Shown here piece after piece: positions 27,756-37,264 of a DNA stretch of 64,000 bases. The notes below the pieces were generated by a model. That model saw only the letters and a program-made list of their open reading frames with translations, did no database searches and was not told the DNA's origin. Position 1 is the first letter of the stretch. Each line of letters begins with the position of its first letter. The position numbers and the translations under genes are program-made. The stretch lies in sequence record LC592711.1. One strand, given 5' to 3'.

Positions 27756-29365
27756 TAGTCGTCGAAGTTGAATTCGGTGATGTCGAAACCCTTGCCGCTC
27801 GGGATCGTCTGGTATTCCAGCTTACGCAGCTGACCAACGTCGAACTCGACGATCTGTCCGTTGAACGGGCACTGGATAGTGCGGCCGTTGAACTTGAACT
27901 TCTTGACATCGTCGCCGATCAGGATGATCTTGCGCTTGCCTGCCAGGCTTAGATCGAACCACTTGAGCTTGCCCGGGTTGTTCTCGACGAACAGACGCGT
28001 TTCGCCGTTGCGGTCGGTCTTGATGTTCAGCATGCCATGGCGACCATCCTTCTGCGGCCACAACGTCATGTCGATACGCTCGACGTTCTTCTGGTTGCGC
28101 GAGACTTCATGCACAGCACCTTCGATCATACCGATGTAGTCCTTCGCATCAGCCAGATCTGCCAGCGAGAAGCTTCCCGTTTCCTGCTTGTGGGACGACT
28201 TGTGGCCGTCCGAGCCGATATGGGAAGTGGTCTTCGTCGTATGCTGGCGCGTGGTGAAGAGACCGAAGTCCTTACCGCGGTTGCCGTGGATGATCGTGAG
28301 TAGCGGGCCGAGAATCGGAATCAGCGGCACGAGCACCTGACCTGCCGACGAGAACTCTTCGTTCGAGCTCATGTACGGCTTGAAGTTTTCGGTCGTGGCC
28401 TTAGCCAGATCGTCGGTGTCTTGCTTGACTTCCTTTTGCAGGTCGTCCTTGCCGTCACCTTGATCGTCGTCGCCACTGGCGTTGTCGTCCGAACCAGCAG
28501 CGTTATCGCCACCACCCGAATCATCGCCACCTGCGTTCTGATCATCACCACCAGCGCCGTCACCGCCGCCGTTATCGCCAGAACCGTCGTCTGCCGCAGG
28601 TGTGCCGCCATCGGGGTTGTCGTTCTGCTTCTGCTCACCGTCTTCGTCAGTCGCACCGCCTGCAGGAGGCGCATCCGAATTGCCGTAGTCGGCGAGCGGT
28701 TGGTTCGTGTTCGGCGTGAGGAACATCGTTTCGTACATCTGCTTGATCTTCTCTTCCGATTCCGGAGATTGAAGACCTTCGGAACCATCGAGCATCTCGG
28801 TGAATTCCATCGGCAGTGCGGGGAGTTCCTTGCCACGCGGCCAGCTTTCCAGATCGATCTTGACCCAGTCGTGGTACTGCGCACCGGGTTTCGGGAAGCA
28901 ATCGACTTCCCAGTTCAGGTCGCTGCCTTCGATCGGGAACGTATAACGATCCTTGATCATGCCGGCGTCGCCGAAGTACTTGAAGATGTTGAACTGGTCG
29001 AGCGAGGACTGTTCCGGCGTTTCCGCACAGCTGCCACGCTCACCGATGTCCAGCTTCGACGTGAGAACGTACGAAACAGCAGCGCCCGGCTCACGCAGGT
29101 TGATCGACTTGCGAACACGGATCGAGCCGGACCCAGCGTTCTTGTCGGTCTTCGCGATCTTGACAGACCATTGCTCCTGGCGCTCAGCACCAGTTGCACG
29201 TTCGAGCCAGGCGAAGTCCTTGACACGAACATAGATCACGCGCTCGATCTCAGCCGAGGTACGGCCGGAAACATCTTCCGCCTCGTTGGAAGCCAAGCCC
29301 TTGAGGGACTTGACCTCGACTTCCTGAAACGACTCTGCGATCAGGGTTCTGGGTCCGAAACTCAT
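27755..29365 (-). CDS. Protein with N-terminal CYTH-like domain, acidic Gly/Asp linker and unknown C-terminal domain
   Basis: EIERVIY...SIRVRK...YVLTSK...IKDRYTF...WEVDCF...KIDLE resembles CYTH/triphosphate-tunnel motifs; SNE motifs at both domain starts. Confidence 0.5.
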   Translation of the reverse strand: MSFGPRTLIAESFQEVEVKSLKGLASNEAEDVSGRTSAEIERVIYVRVKDFAWLERATGAERQEQWSVKIAKTDKNAGSGSIRVRKSINLREPGAAVSYVLTSKLDIGERGSCAETPEQSSLDQFNIFKYFGDAGMIKDRYTFPIEGSDLNWEVDCFPKPGAQYHDWVKIDLESWPRGKELPALPMEFTEMLDGSEGLQSPESEEKIKQMYETMFLTPNTNQPLADYGNSDAPPAGGATDEDGEQKQNDNPDGGTPAADDGSGDNGGGDGAGGDDQNAGGDDSGGGDNAAGSDDNASGDDDQGDGKDDLQKEVKQDTDDLAKATTENFKPYMSSNEEFSSAGQVLVPLIPILGPLLTIIHGNRGKDFGLFTTRQHTTKTTSHIGSDGHKSSHKQETGSFSLADLADAKDYIGMIEGAVHEVSRNQKNVERIDMTLWPQKDGRHGMLNIKTDRNGETRLFVENNPGKLKWFDLSLAGKRKIILIGDDVKKFKFNGRTIQCPFNGQIVEFDVGQLRKLEYQTIPSGKGFDITEFNFDD

Positions 29366-29380
29366 AAGTTTGCTCCTTGC

Positions 29381-29701
29381 TTAGCCAGGCAAGAAGATCT
29401 TCATCAACTCGATGATGCTGTCGATAAATTTCTCCACCAGCTTGGCCTCAGGTAAAGGTTTTTCGAGAATGAAAGAAAGGAAATAGGTGAGGAAGATGAG
29501 AAAGAGCAGAACGATCAAAGCCGTGACGATTCTCCGTACAAACGGGTTCTTCAAACGTTCCTTCATTTCTTCATCCTCCCGGTCGATGTCGAGAGCCTTC
29601 TCGACCTGATCCAGAAGATCATCGGTGGAGTTGTGCTCCTTGTCCTTGGTTTCTTCCGGTTTGGCAGTCATAACTGCCGACTCAGTTGCTGGAGTTGCCA
29701 T
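29381..29701 (-). CDS. Small membrane protein (holin/antiholin candidate)
   Basis: Hydrophobic segment IVTALIVLLFLIFLTYFLSFIL; downstream of the spanin pair. Confidence 0.4.
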   Translation of the reverse strand: MATPATESAVMTAKPEETKDKEHNSTDDLLDQVEKALDIDREDEEMKERLKNPFVRRIVTALIVLLFLIFLTYFLSFILEKPLPEAKLVEKFIDSIIELMKIFLPG

Positions 29702-30023
29702 CGCTCTGCGCCTTCTTGTTCAGCTCGTCGACCTTCTTGCCGACTTGGGCTTTCCATTCGCGCAGACCTGCTTTGTCGGCGTGTTCCTTACCGATTACGT
29801 TCAGGAGGTCAGTGGAATACTGCGTCCACATCGCTTCCTTGGCGTCGCAGGACAGCTTGCTGTACTCCACCGACGTATAGGGTGGAGACGGAGCCGCGTT
29901 GTCCTGAAGCAGGTTATCGTTGGGGGTCATGATCGCATATTTGTCGCGGTACTGAATCTGTGTCCCGCAACCGCTCAGGCTGACTGCTGCGATCATCGCA
30001 GCCAGCAAAATCTTCTTCTTCAT
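29682..30023 (-). CDS. Outer-membrane spanin (Rz1-like lipoprotein)
   Basis: MKKKILLAAMIAAVSLSGC signal peptide II / lipobox; overlaps the i-spanin stop. Confidence 0.7.
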   Translation of the reverse strand: MKKKILLAAMIAAVSLSGCGTQIQYRDKYAIMTPNDNLLQDNAAPSPPYTSVEYSKLSCDAKEAMWTQYSTDLLNVIGKEHADKAGLREWKAQVGKKVDELNKKAQSDGNSSN

Positions 30024-30517
30024 TTTTGAGGTCCCTCGCCTTGTACTTCGCTAGCAGTCGACGCCGGGAGAGCGGCTGCTGCTCGTGCTTTGCACTGGTC
30101 ATTGGAAGGCTCCACGTTACAGAACGTATCCCACACGCTATCCATGCGGGCCACCGAGATTTGCTCCGTTTGTTGCACCGGATCTTTCACGGTCTGTTTG
30201 ATTGTGGCTTCCTTCTTCTGAAGCGTATTGCGGACGACCACAGCCGAAGCTGCCAGGTCTTCCTTTTGTTGTGTGGTGACGGTCTGTGCCGCGTCGTTGG
30301 CTTTGGCGCCAGTGTCAGCGACCACGAGGTTCTGCTTTTCCTCATGGACCTGTTCTTGCGAGACGGCGATTTTCTGCACGTCCTTGATGTGTTGCTTGTA
30401 GAGGAAGTACGCCCCGATGCACATGGCGAGGAGAACCCCGCCAATCGCACAGTACAGCCCCATCTTGATGCCTTTCACCGCCGGAACGGCATCTTCAACA
30501 ACTTCTTCAATTCCCAT
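30020..30517 (-). CDS. Inner-membrane spanin (Rz-like)
   Basis: N-terminal TM helix (GLYCAIGGVLLAMCIGAYFLY) followed by a coiled coil; directly upstream of the lipoprotein. Confidence 0.65.
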   Translation of the reverse strand: MGIEEVVEDAVPAVKGIKMGLYCAIGGVLLAMCIGAYFLYKQHIKDVQKIAVSQEQVHEEKQNLVVADTGAKANDAAQTVTTQQKEDLAASAVVVRNTLQKKEATIKQTVKDPVQQTEQISVARMDSVWDTFCNVEPSNDQCKARAAAALPASTASEVQGEGPQK

Positions 30518-31088
30518 GATTGAGCTCTCTTTTTAAGGAACAATAGGCGACAGCAAGTGAGTCGACCGCATTGTTATCCATGGAGTCTATATCACCTACC
30601 AGAACATCCATGATCTCAGGTATTTTTTTAATTGCTTCAGTCATGGCGTGTTTTTCACCACTATTACCCTTGACGCCGACAGCATTCTTGATGCTAGAAG
30701 GATCAATGCGCTCCAGGCACATGTAAGGGTTATAGGCGTGAACTTCCTGCTCCGTCATGTACAAACACTCAGCCAAAGGAATGACTGCACCAGGCATTCT
30801 CGGGTTGATATACGGATGCTCAGAAGCGATGGCCATTGGGCGTTCTTTCTTGAACAAAGCCCGCTGGTACATCCGAAACGCCTGAAGCTTCAGATAGCGC
30901 AGGTTCTGGTATTGGAAGTGAGGGCTGCGCTTAGCCATCTTCTCCAGATTCAGAGCGACAGCAGTAGCACGAACGATTTGCCTCGCTTCGACGTCATAGT
31001 GGAGTAGGCCAACCCCGGGAAACGATGTCCCGGGGTCGAAGCCTACAAACTTGACAATACCATCCCCATCGTGCGGGATGTGAAGCAT
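30507..31088 (-). CDS. ruvC: RuvC-like Holliday junction resolvase
   Basis: FVGFDPG, ASEHPY, SSIKNAVGVKGNSGEK, NAVDSLAVA catalytic D/E/D pattern. Confidence 0.83.
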   Translation of the reverse strand: MLHIPHDGDGIVKFVGFDPGTSFPGVGLLHYDVEARQIVRATAVALNLEKMAKRSPHFQYQNLRYLKLQAFRMYQRALFKKERPMAIASEHPYINPRMPGAVIPLAECLYMTEQEVHAYNPYMCLERIDPSSIKNAVGVKGNSGEKHAMTEAIKKIPEIMDVLVGDIDSMDNNAVDSLAVAYCSLKRELNHGN

Positions 31089-31091
31089 GGG

Positions 31092-31946
31092 TTAGGCGTT
31101 CACGCCTTCCAGTTGGAAGAGCGGTTCGCTGATACCCAGTTCCAGGTTGTCCGTGAGCGACTCGTTGATGTAGTCGAGCGGATACATTGCCTGGACGAAC
31201 GTGGCGACTTGCACGCCGATTGCTTCCGTGAACGGGAAGGTGCCCGTTTGCGACTGCGCCTGGATGACGGAATCTGCTCCCGTACACAGTGCCAGTTCCG
31301 AAACGATCGCACGGCCCGACTGCTGGGTGATGATCTGCGAAGCGTTGCGGATTTCGTTGATGTCGAACGAGTCGAGCGGCAGACCGATGATGGTGGATGC
31401 CAGCACCGAGTAACCCGCCAGCAGGTTGGTGCCCGATTCCGTCAGGTCCGTCGGAATCGGGTTCAGCGTCGATTCATCCGGCACTACGTCCGAGACAGTG
31501 GACGTACCATCGTCGAGCGTTTGCTTCAGGAACAGGTCGGTGTCGGCCTGCGAGAAGTCCACGCGCTTGATCCAGTACGCCCAGTACGGCGTGCCGTTGT
31601 ACTCGACTTGCTGACGCAGTGCGTAACGAGCACGATACTGAGCCGGTAGGTCGTTGTCGAGCAGACGCAGCGAGAACGGCATGTGGTTGAAGAGCGCGCC
31701 GTCGTTGGACTTGTGCTGGAGGATCTTCGGATACGTGGAACCATCGGCTCCAGTTGCCATACCGAGACCACCGCGACCCAGTGCGATATAGCCCAGTTTC
31801 GGATAGACGCCAGAGCCCGGGTACTGCTGAGTCAGGGTGTTGAACTTTTCGTTCAGCGTGGTGTATTTCAACCACTTGTAAGCTGCGCCTCGGACCATTG
31901 CGGATTGCAGTGCCGAGAACCACAGCGTGCGGGTTACGTGTTCCAT
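31092..31946 (-). CDS. phiKZ-like virion structural protein
   Basis: 284-aa ORF in the structural block beside the portal; KLGYIALGRGG / FNHMPFSLR motifs; function from context. Confidence 0.55.
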   Translation of the reverse strand: MEHVTRTLWFSALQSAMVRGAAYKWLKYTTLNEKFNTLTQQYPGSGVYPKLGYIALGRGGLGMATGADGSTYPKILQHKSNDGALFNHMPFSLRLLDNDLPAQYRARYALRQQVEYNGTPYWAYWIKRVDFSQADTDLFLKQTLDDGTSTVSDVVPDESTLNPIPTDLTESGTNLLAGYSVLASTIIGLPLDSFDINEIRNASQIITQQSGRAIVSELALCTGADSVIQAQSQTGTFPFTEAIGVQVATFVQAMYPLDYINESLTDNLELGISEPLFQLEGVNA

Positions 31947-31969
31947 GAGTGACCTGTCAAAGGGTGAGG

Positions 31970-34171
31970 TTACGATTCAAACAATGAGGTTTTTTGATCG
32001 TCGGTCAGGGCCATGTAACGGTCCATGCCAAGGATCGATTGAAGCGGAGTACCAGATGTATCCGGCGGATTGACCAGGCCAATCTCCACACGACTCAGAC
32101 TGAAGTAGTGTTGATGGATCTGACCACGATCGGGTTCATGCGGACCGTTTCTCAAGTCCACGTAGATCTTGCCCTGACCGTACACCTTGTGCGACAGGAT
32201 CGTCGAGAAGATGTCGAGGCTAAAGCTTTCGTTATTGACGACGTCGGTGTTCTGACTGATCACATCGACTGCGCCAAGGCGCATGTACTCGTGACCCTCA
32301 CCATCGATTTTCTGATCGCCAACTCGAACGCTAGGCAGATCAGTCATGATGGTTTCATCGTCCGCCATTTGCGTGACCACCTGAATGGTGTAGCTCGACA
32401 GATCAATGAGTGCGTTAGCCATCGCCTTCTGGATGTTACGCAGGCTCGGAGCAGTCACAAGTGCTTTACCCAGAGCCGCGCTTACCAAAGACGTATAGAG
32501 CAAACCGAATTCGTCTTGAGAAAGCGTATCGAAGTTCAGGTTCAGGCCCAGGAGCCATTCGCTGTACGTCGTACCTTCCGGTTCCAGTCGTACGTAAGCG
32601 TCACCGTAGAAACGCTCGACATACTTGAAGACTTCACCGCGGTCTTGCATGCCTTCCTGATACGCAACCAGATTGCGCTGGAAGTTAGCAGATTTGAAGA
32701 TCCCATCAGTGGCTGCATAGAACGCATCGATCGAAATCATCGGGAATGCTTCGACCACATATTTCTTAGCCGTGTTCCATGCGAAGTCATCGACGTACGT
32801 CATGTCAATGCCTTTCTTGAGATCAGCATCCGAGGGAATCGGATAACGTTGAACCCGCTGAGCGCCGAGCAGAGGAATCACAGGCTGGTTGAAGCCGTAC
32901 TGTTTGTACATGCAATAAGTCGCCAGAATGTAGGCATCCTTCACAGACAGAACAATACGCTCGCTCGTCTTCGGATTTTGTACATTGACGATCGCCGAAT
33001 ACAAACCGTTGGAAGCGTAATACAACCAGTGCGCCACCTGAATGTCTTCGAGCTTGTAGGTCTGAGCGCCAGAGTAATCGACCATCGCCGATTCCAGGAG
33101 CTTCGTCTGAACCACATTGGACGGGCTGTCCTTGAGGAACTGTGTAATGTCGTCCTGACCGTACGTAATCTCGTCGAGGTTATCCGGAGCAAGATTGTCC
33201 TCCTTAGCCAGGAAGGTCGGCAAGTCGATATATTCGGGCGCACCAGAAGACGGAATGACCGTCATATCTGTACGCTTCATGGTGATATCGGCGTAGACGT
33301 TTTCGGTCACATTGGTCGTATCGTGACGCATCGTGTAATCAGCGAGCGGAATGTTCCGCTTGGTCATCAGAGCGTCGACGAGTTTGTCCAGTGTGTCGTT
33401 GGCACCCGGATGGCGCTGGTAATACAGGATGTTCCTGTAGAAGTGCATCGCCTGTTCCAGATTCATAAACTGGTAATACTGACCCAGATTCGAATTGGAT
33501 GCCAGATAGTTGCTGACGTAGAAGCTGTGAGCTTCGATTGTCTTGTGGCGTTTCAAGCGCTCGGTCAGGATCAACGGCACGAGCATCATGTAGTAAATCG
33601 ACATGACCACGCCGTAATACAAACTGTCCGAAATGTTATACTGCTCGTTATAATAGCGCTTGAAATAAATGGTCGTCCAGTCCTGCAGCGAGTTAACGAG
33701 TGTGTACTCATTGGACTCGATTGCGTTAACCGGGTAGCCCAGTATTGTATGGTCAGGGGCGGCTATAGCAGTCGCCTTATCAACCGGATATAGTACTCCC
33801 AGAATGACATCTTCCTGAGTAGGATACTTGGCGAGAAGCTCGCCATATTGCCGCGTACCGAACTGGTAATCGCGCGCAGTGTTCTTGTGAATGCGGAGAT
33901 TTGCCGTGGTGAAGTCAATCACATCCAGATTGTCGGATGAAACGACTTGCATCATGGTGTCTGTCGGATGGTACTCGCCTGCCAGATTCATGTAGTACTT
34001 CCATGTTTCTGGCTTATCCGCGTCTGTTTCGTATTCTTGGAATTGGAGAAGTCTGTCATTCACGCGTTGTGCCACGTACTCGGACTTGATAATCAAAGTC
34101 TGAGCCAATGTCAGCACGCTATTGAGATAGACCTGAAATGAATTATCGCTCACGGTAGGTATCCATGTCAT
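31970..34171 (-). CDS. phiKZ-like virion structural protein (baseplate/wedge candidate)
   Basis: 733 aa, divergent from the portal; ETWKYYMNLAGEYH motif; gene order resembles phiKZ-like phages as I recall it. Confidence 0.6.
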   Translation of the reverse strand: MTWIPTVSDNSFQVYLNSVLTLAQTLIIKSEYVAQRVNDRLLQFQEYETDADKPETWKYYMNLAGEYHPTDTMMQVVSSDNLDVIDFTTANLRIHKNTARDYQFGTRQYGELLAKYPTQEDVILGVLYPVDKATAIAAPDHTILGYPVNAIESNEYTLVNSLQDWTTIYFKRYYNEQYNISDSLYYGVVMSIYYMMLVPLILTERLKRHKTIEAHSFYVSNYLASNSNLGQYYQFMNLEQAMHFYRNILYYQRHPGANDTLDKLVDALMTKRNIPLADYTMRHDTTNVTENVYADITMKRTDMTVIPSSGAPEYIDLPTFLAKEDNLAPDNLDEITYGQDDITQFLKDSPSNVVQTKLLESAMVDYSGAQTYKLEDIQVAHWLYYASNGLYSAIVNVQNPKTSERIVLSVKDAYILATYCMYKQYGFNQPVIPLLGAQRVQRYPIPSDADLKKGIDMTYVDDFAWNTAKKYVVEAFPMISIDAFYAATDGIFKSANFQRNLVAYQEGMQDRGEVFKYVERFYGDAYVRLEPEGTTYSEWLLGLNLNFDTLSQDEFGLLYTSLVSAALGKALVTAPSLRNIQKAMANALIDLSSYTIQVVTQMADDETIMTDLPSVRVGDQKIDGEGHEYMRLGAVDVISQNTDVVNNESFSLDIFSTILSHKVYGQGKIYVDLRNGPHEPDRGQIHQHYFSLSRVEIGLVNPPDTSGTPLQSILGMDRYMALTDDQKTSLFES

Positions 34172-37100
34172 CCAGCGTTAAAATCGTCGAAAACGTCACG
34201 AACGTTTCCAATGGCAAGAAGCTGCCTGTCTTGGAATTCGTTCGAACTCATAAGCCACTCGCGGCTGCGATCAGTAAGGCTACGCCTGGTACGGATCGAG
34301 TAACGCGCGACGGTCAGGGCAACCGTAAGGTTAGCTCGCCTGACTATGCTTCGATGATCAGCGTTCACCGCACGATCAGTCGTCGTAACAAAGATGCGAA
34401 AATGACTTTCCAGATGTTGCCGGATTTGAAGCTGGCAATGGAAATGGTCATCTCGCTTATCATGTCGCCCAAAGACATGTTCAGTGATGAGGTTCTCATC
34501 CTGTCGGATTCGTCTGAACTCCTGCCCGCATCGCTGATGTCTTCGATGCTGCAAGTGACGACGGACTACTTCAAGAAGAACCACAACCTGACGGAATTCA
34601 TTCAGCACATGCTTGAAGAGACTCTCGGCCTGCAGGGGGCTCTCCCCGTCGCCGTGATTCCTGAGAACGCGCTGGATGACCTCATCAACAACTACAATGC
34701 GAACCTGTCGCTGGAACGGTTCAGCACTGAATTCGACGTTGAGAGAAATATCCCCCATCCCCTGGGCATGCTTGGTGTACCAGACTATCTGACACCACGA
34801 ACAAATAATACACGGCCTGTTACGGGCCGTATGAAGTTTGGCTCGAAGGTGTCGTTTGACCTTCAGTCGTACGAGACGTATCGGTCGATGAATTCGAGCA
34901 AGCCTTCTTCGGCTACCTCGGGTATCGCCTTCTCGAAACTCTTCAGCGACAAGGTCAAAGAAGAAGACAAGAGCAAGCCTTGGACCTTCAAGGTGCCTGA
35001 AGGCATGTCGGCTAAACCCGGCTCCGAAGGCAATGGAAATGAAATCGACGCAGACAATCTGTGCTTTGTGACCGATAACATTTCCATCCTGAAGCTGCCT
35101 GTGCTGAAGGAACGCGCTCGTGGTCAGCGCGTGCATGAAGTCTTGAAGAAGCGCGGCTATAACAAGTTGCAGGCTTCTCTCGAATCGATGACGCTTGCGC
35201 TGTCGAACAAGCAAAAAGAAATCATCAAGAAAGATGCGCAAGACAAAGGCCGCACACTCGCTGATAGCGAAGTGGAAAGCCTGCTCTTTAAGAACCGTCG
35301 GTTTGCACATACGCCGGTTGCTGCCTTGCGCACGAACGGTAACCTCAAACGCAACTCGATCGGCGAAGCCATGATCAAGGAGTTCGATACGGCGTGTTTC
35401 ATCCCCGTGTCGATTGAGGGCGACCCCACTCGCAAGCTTGGTGGTTTCATCATGCTGGATGAGGATGGTTATCCTCTTACCACGCATAACGCAGATCCGG
35501 AAGAGATCGTCGACCTCTCCACCTACGCTGGTGGTTCGGGTAACTTCGTCTCCAGCATGAACGATCGAAGCAATTCGATCATGAACGGCAAGACGACTGA
35601 AGGCGTGTCGCAATACATGCTCAAGAAGTTCTTCACGAAGACGTTTGGCGAGATGGTTGAAAAAGACCTGATTGATCGCGTGAAGAATGGTCAGTACGAC
35701 AACGGCGTTCAGCTGGCTTCGAATGAAGACTTCTACTGGCTGATGTTCACCCGTTGCATGAAGGGTCAGCGTACCCATCTGCTGTGGCTGCCGAACGAGT
35801 TCCTGGTGTACTTCGCACTGGACTACGACGAGATGGGCTTTGGTAAGAGCCTCCTGGACGACATCCGCAACATCACCAGCATGCGTATCATGCTGATGGT
35901 CTCGGGTATCGCCGCCTCGCTTCGTAACTCGATTGGCCGCACCAAAGTGACCGTCAAGCTGGATGAAGACGATCCCGATGCTGAAAAGTCCATCGAAGAC
36001 ATCCAGGATGAAATCCTGAAGAGCCGGATGAACCCCATCCCGTTCGGTATCAATAACGTAGCGGATATTTCCAAGTATCTGCAACGTTCGTGCTATGAAT
36101 TCGAGATCTCGGGTTCGAGCGCAATTCCGGACATGCAGGTTCAGTTCGAGCAATACAACTCGCAGTATCCGAAGCCCGATGAAGATCTGATCAACCAGTT
36201 GAAAGAACTGTCGATCCATCACTTCGGTCTGACCAAAGACATGATCGATGCGGCTGAAGGTGTGGACTTCGCGATTCAAGCGGCGACCAACAACCTGATG
36301 ACCATGAAGCGCGTGCAGCGCTGGCAGCGTAAGGTTGAACCTCTCGCATCGGAATACGTTCGCAAAGTCGCATTGGCTAGCGAATCGCAAATCGACGACC
36401 TGCGTCAGCTCGTCAGCAACAACTTCAAGCAACTGCAAGTCGAAAAGGTCAAGCGTTATTTCGACCTCAAAGACGATTCATTGCTCAATGACGAAGACTT
36501 CAAGAAGCTCGTCACGGAACAATGTTTGAACGTCTTCCTGAATAACCTGAAAGTCGAACTGCCTTCTCCGGCTGCGACGACTCTGGAAGCTCAGAAGCAA
36601 CAGTTCACCGATGCTGCCGAGTTCTACAAGGAAGCAATCGATTACATCATCAACGAGTCCTTCTTCGACACGTCCGTTATGGGCGAAGACATGAACGGTC
36701 ACGTCGATATGATCAAAAACATTATCCTGTCGCATTACATGCGCGAATACATGGCGAAGAACGCTATTCTGCCCGAACTGTCGGATCTCACTACGATCGG
36801 CGAAGATGGCAAGATCGCAGTCAACGTTATGGATAGCCTGGAGCAGCACATCAAGGCTCTCGGTATGTCGACGGGTAACTTCTTCAAGCGCTTCAAACAC
36901 TTCGCACAACTCCAGACGGCACTCATGCAGGGCGTGGGTGAAAGCAGCACGACTGGTGAAACCGACACTGGTGGTGGTAGTTCTGGTGGCGGAGATGACT
37001 GGGGCGGCGGTGGCGGTGGTGACGACGATCTGCCTGGTCTGGATGATATTCCGACCGATGATGGTTCGGGTACCAGCGACGAAACGTCTGATGAAGACAC

Positions 37101-37176
37101 GGGATCTTCGGACGAAGATACGGGTGATGGTGGAAACGCCAACCCGGATGAAAACAACGACGAAGAAGAATCGTAA
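34165..37176 (+). CDS. Portal protein (phiKZ gp129-like)
   Basis: 1003 aa; LPDLKLAMEMVISLIMSPKD, FALDYDEMGFGKSLL, LDEDDPD motifs; acidic Gly/Asp tail. Confidence 0.7.
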   Translation: MSSSVKIVENVTNVSNGKKLPVLEFVRTHKPLAAAISKATPGTDRVTRDGQGNRKVSSPDYASMISVHRTISRRNKDAKMTFQMLPDLKLAMEMVISLIMSPKDMFSDEVLILSDSSELLPASLMSSMLQVTTDYFKKNHNLTEFIQHMLEETLGLQGALPVAVIPENALDDLINNYNANLSLERFSTEFDVERNIPHPLGMLGVPDYLTPRTNNTRPVTGRMKFGSKVSFDLQSYETYRSMNSSKPSSATSGIAFSKLFSDKVKEEDKSKPWTFKVPEGMSAKPGSEGNGNEIDADNLCFVTDNISILKLPVLKERARGQRVHEVLKKRGYNKLQASLESMTLALSNKQKEIIKKDAQDKGRTLADSEVESLLFKNRRFAHTPVAALRTNGNLKRNSIGEAMIKEFDTACFIPVSIEGDPTRKLGGFIMLDEDGYPLTTHNADPEEIVDLSTYAGGSGNFVSSMNDRSNSIMNGKTTEGVSQYMLKKFFTKTFGEMVEKDLIDRVKNGQYDNGVQLASNEDFYWLMFTRCMKGQRTHLLWLPNEFLVYFALDYDEMGFGKSLLDDIRNITSMRIMLMVSGIAASLRNSIGRTKVTVKLDEDDPDAEKSIEDIQDEILKSRMNPIPFGINNVADISKYLQRSCYEFEISGSSAIPDMQVQFEQYNSQYPKPDEDLINQLKELSIHHFGLTKDMIDAAEGVDFAIQAATNNLMTMKRVQRWQRKVEPLASEYVRKVALASESQIDDLRQLVSNNFKQLQVEKVKRYFDLKDDSLLNDEDFKKLVTEQCLNVFLNNLKVELPSPAATTLEAQKQQFTDAAEFYKEAIDYIINESFFDTSVMGEDMNGHVDMIKNIILSHYMREYMAKNAILPELSDLTTIGEDGKIAVNVMDSLEQHIKALGMSTGNFFKRFKHFAQLQTALMQGVGESSTTGETDTGGGSSGGGDDWGGGGGGDDDLPGLDDIPTDDGSGTSDETSDEDTGSSDEDTGDGGNANPDENNDEEES

Positions 37177-37190
37177 AAACGAAAGCATTT

Positions 37191-37220
37191 CCACTGGGGG
37201 CCGAAGCCCCCAGTGGTTTT
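37191..37220 (+). terminator. Rho-independent terminator after the portal gene
   Basis: ccactgggggc-cgaa-gcccccagtgg followed by tttt. Confidence 0.75.
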
Positions 37221-37264
37221 ATGCCGCGATCTTGTGATAAACGATAAAATTGCAAGGGATCATT

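Noticed and set aside
31994-36438. 599-aa (plus) and 756-aa (minus) ORFs opposite the structural and portal genes
   Set aside because: Antisense shadows of codon-biased genes.
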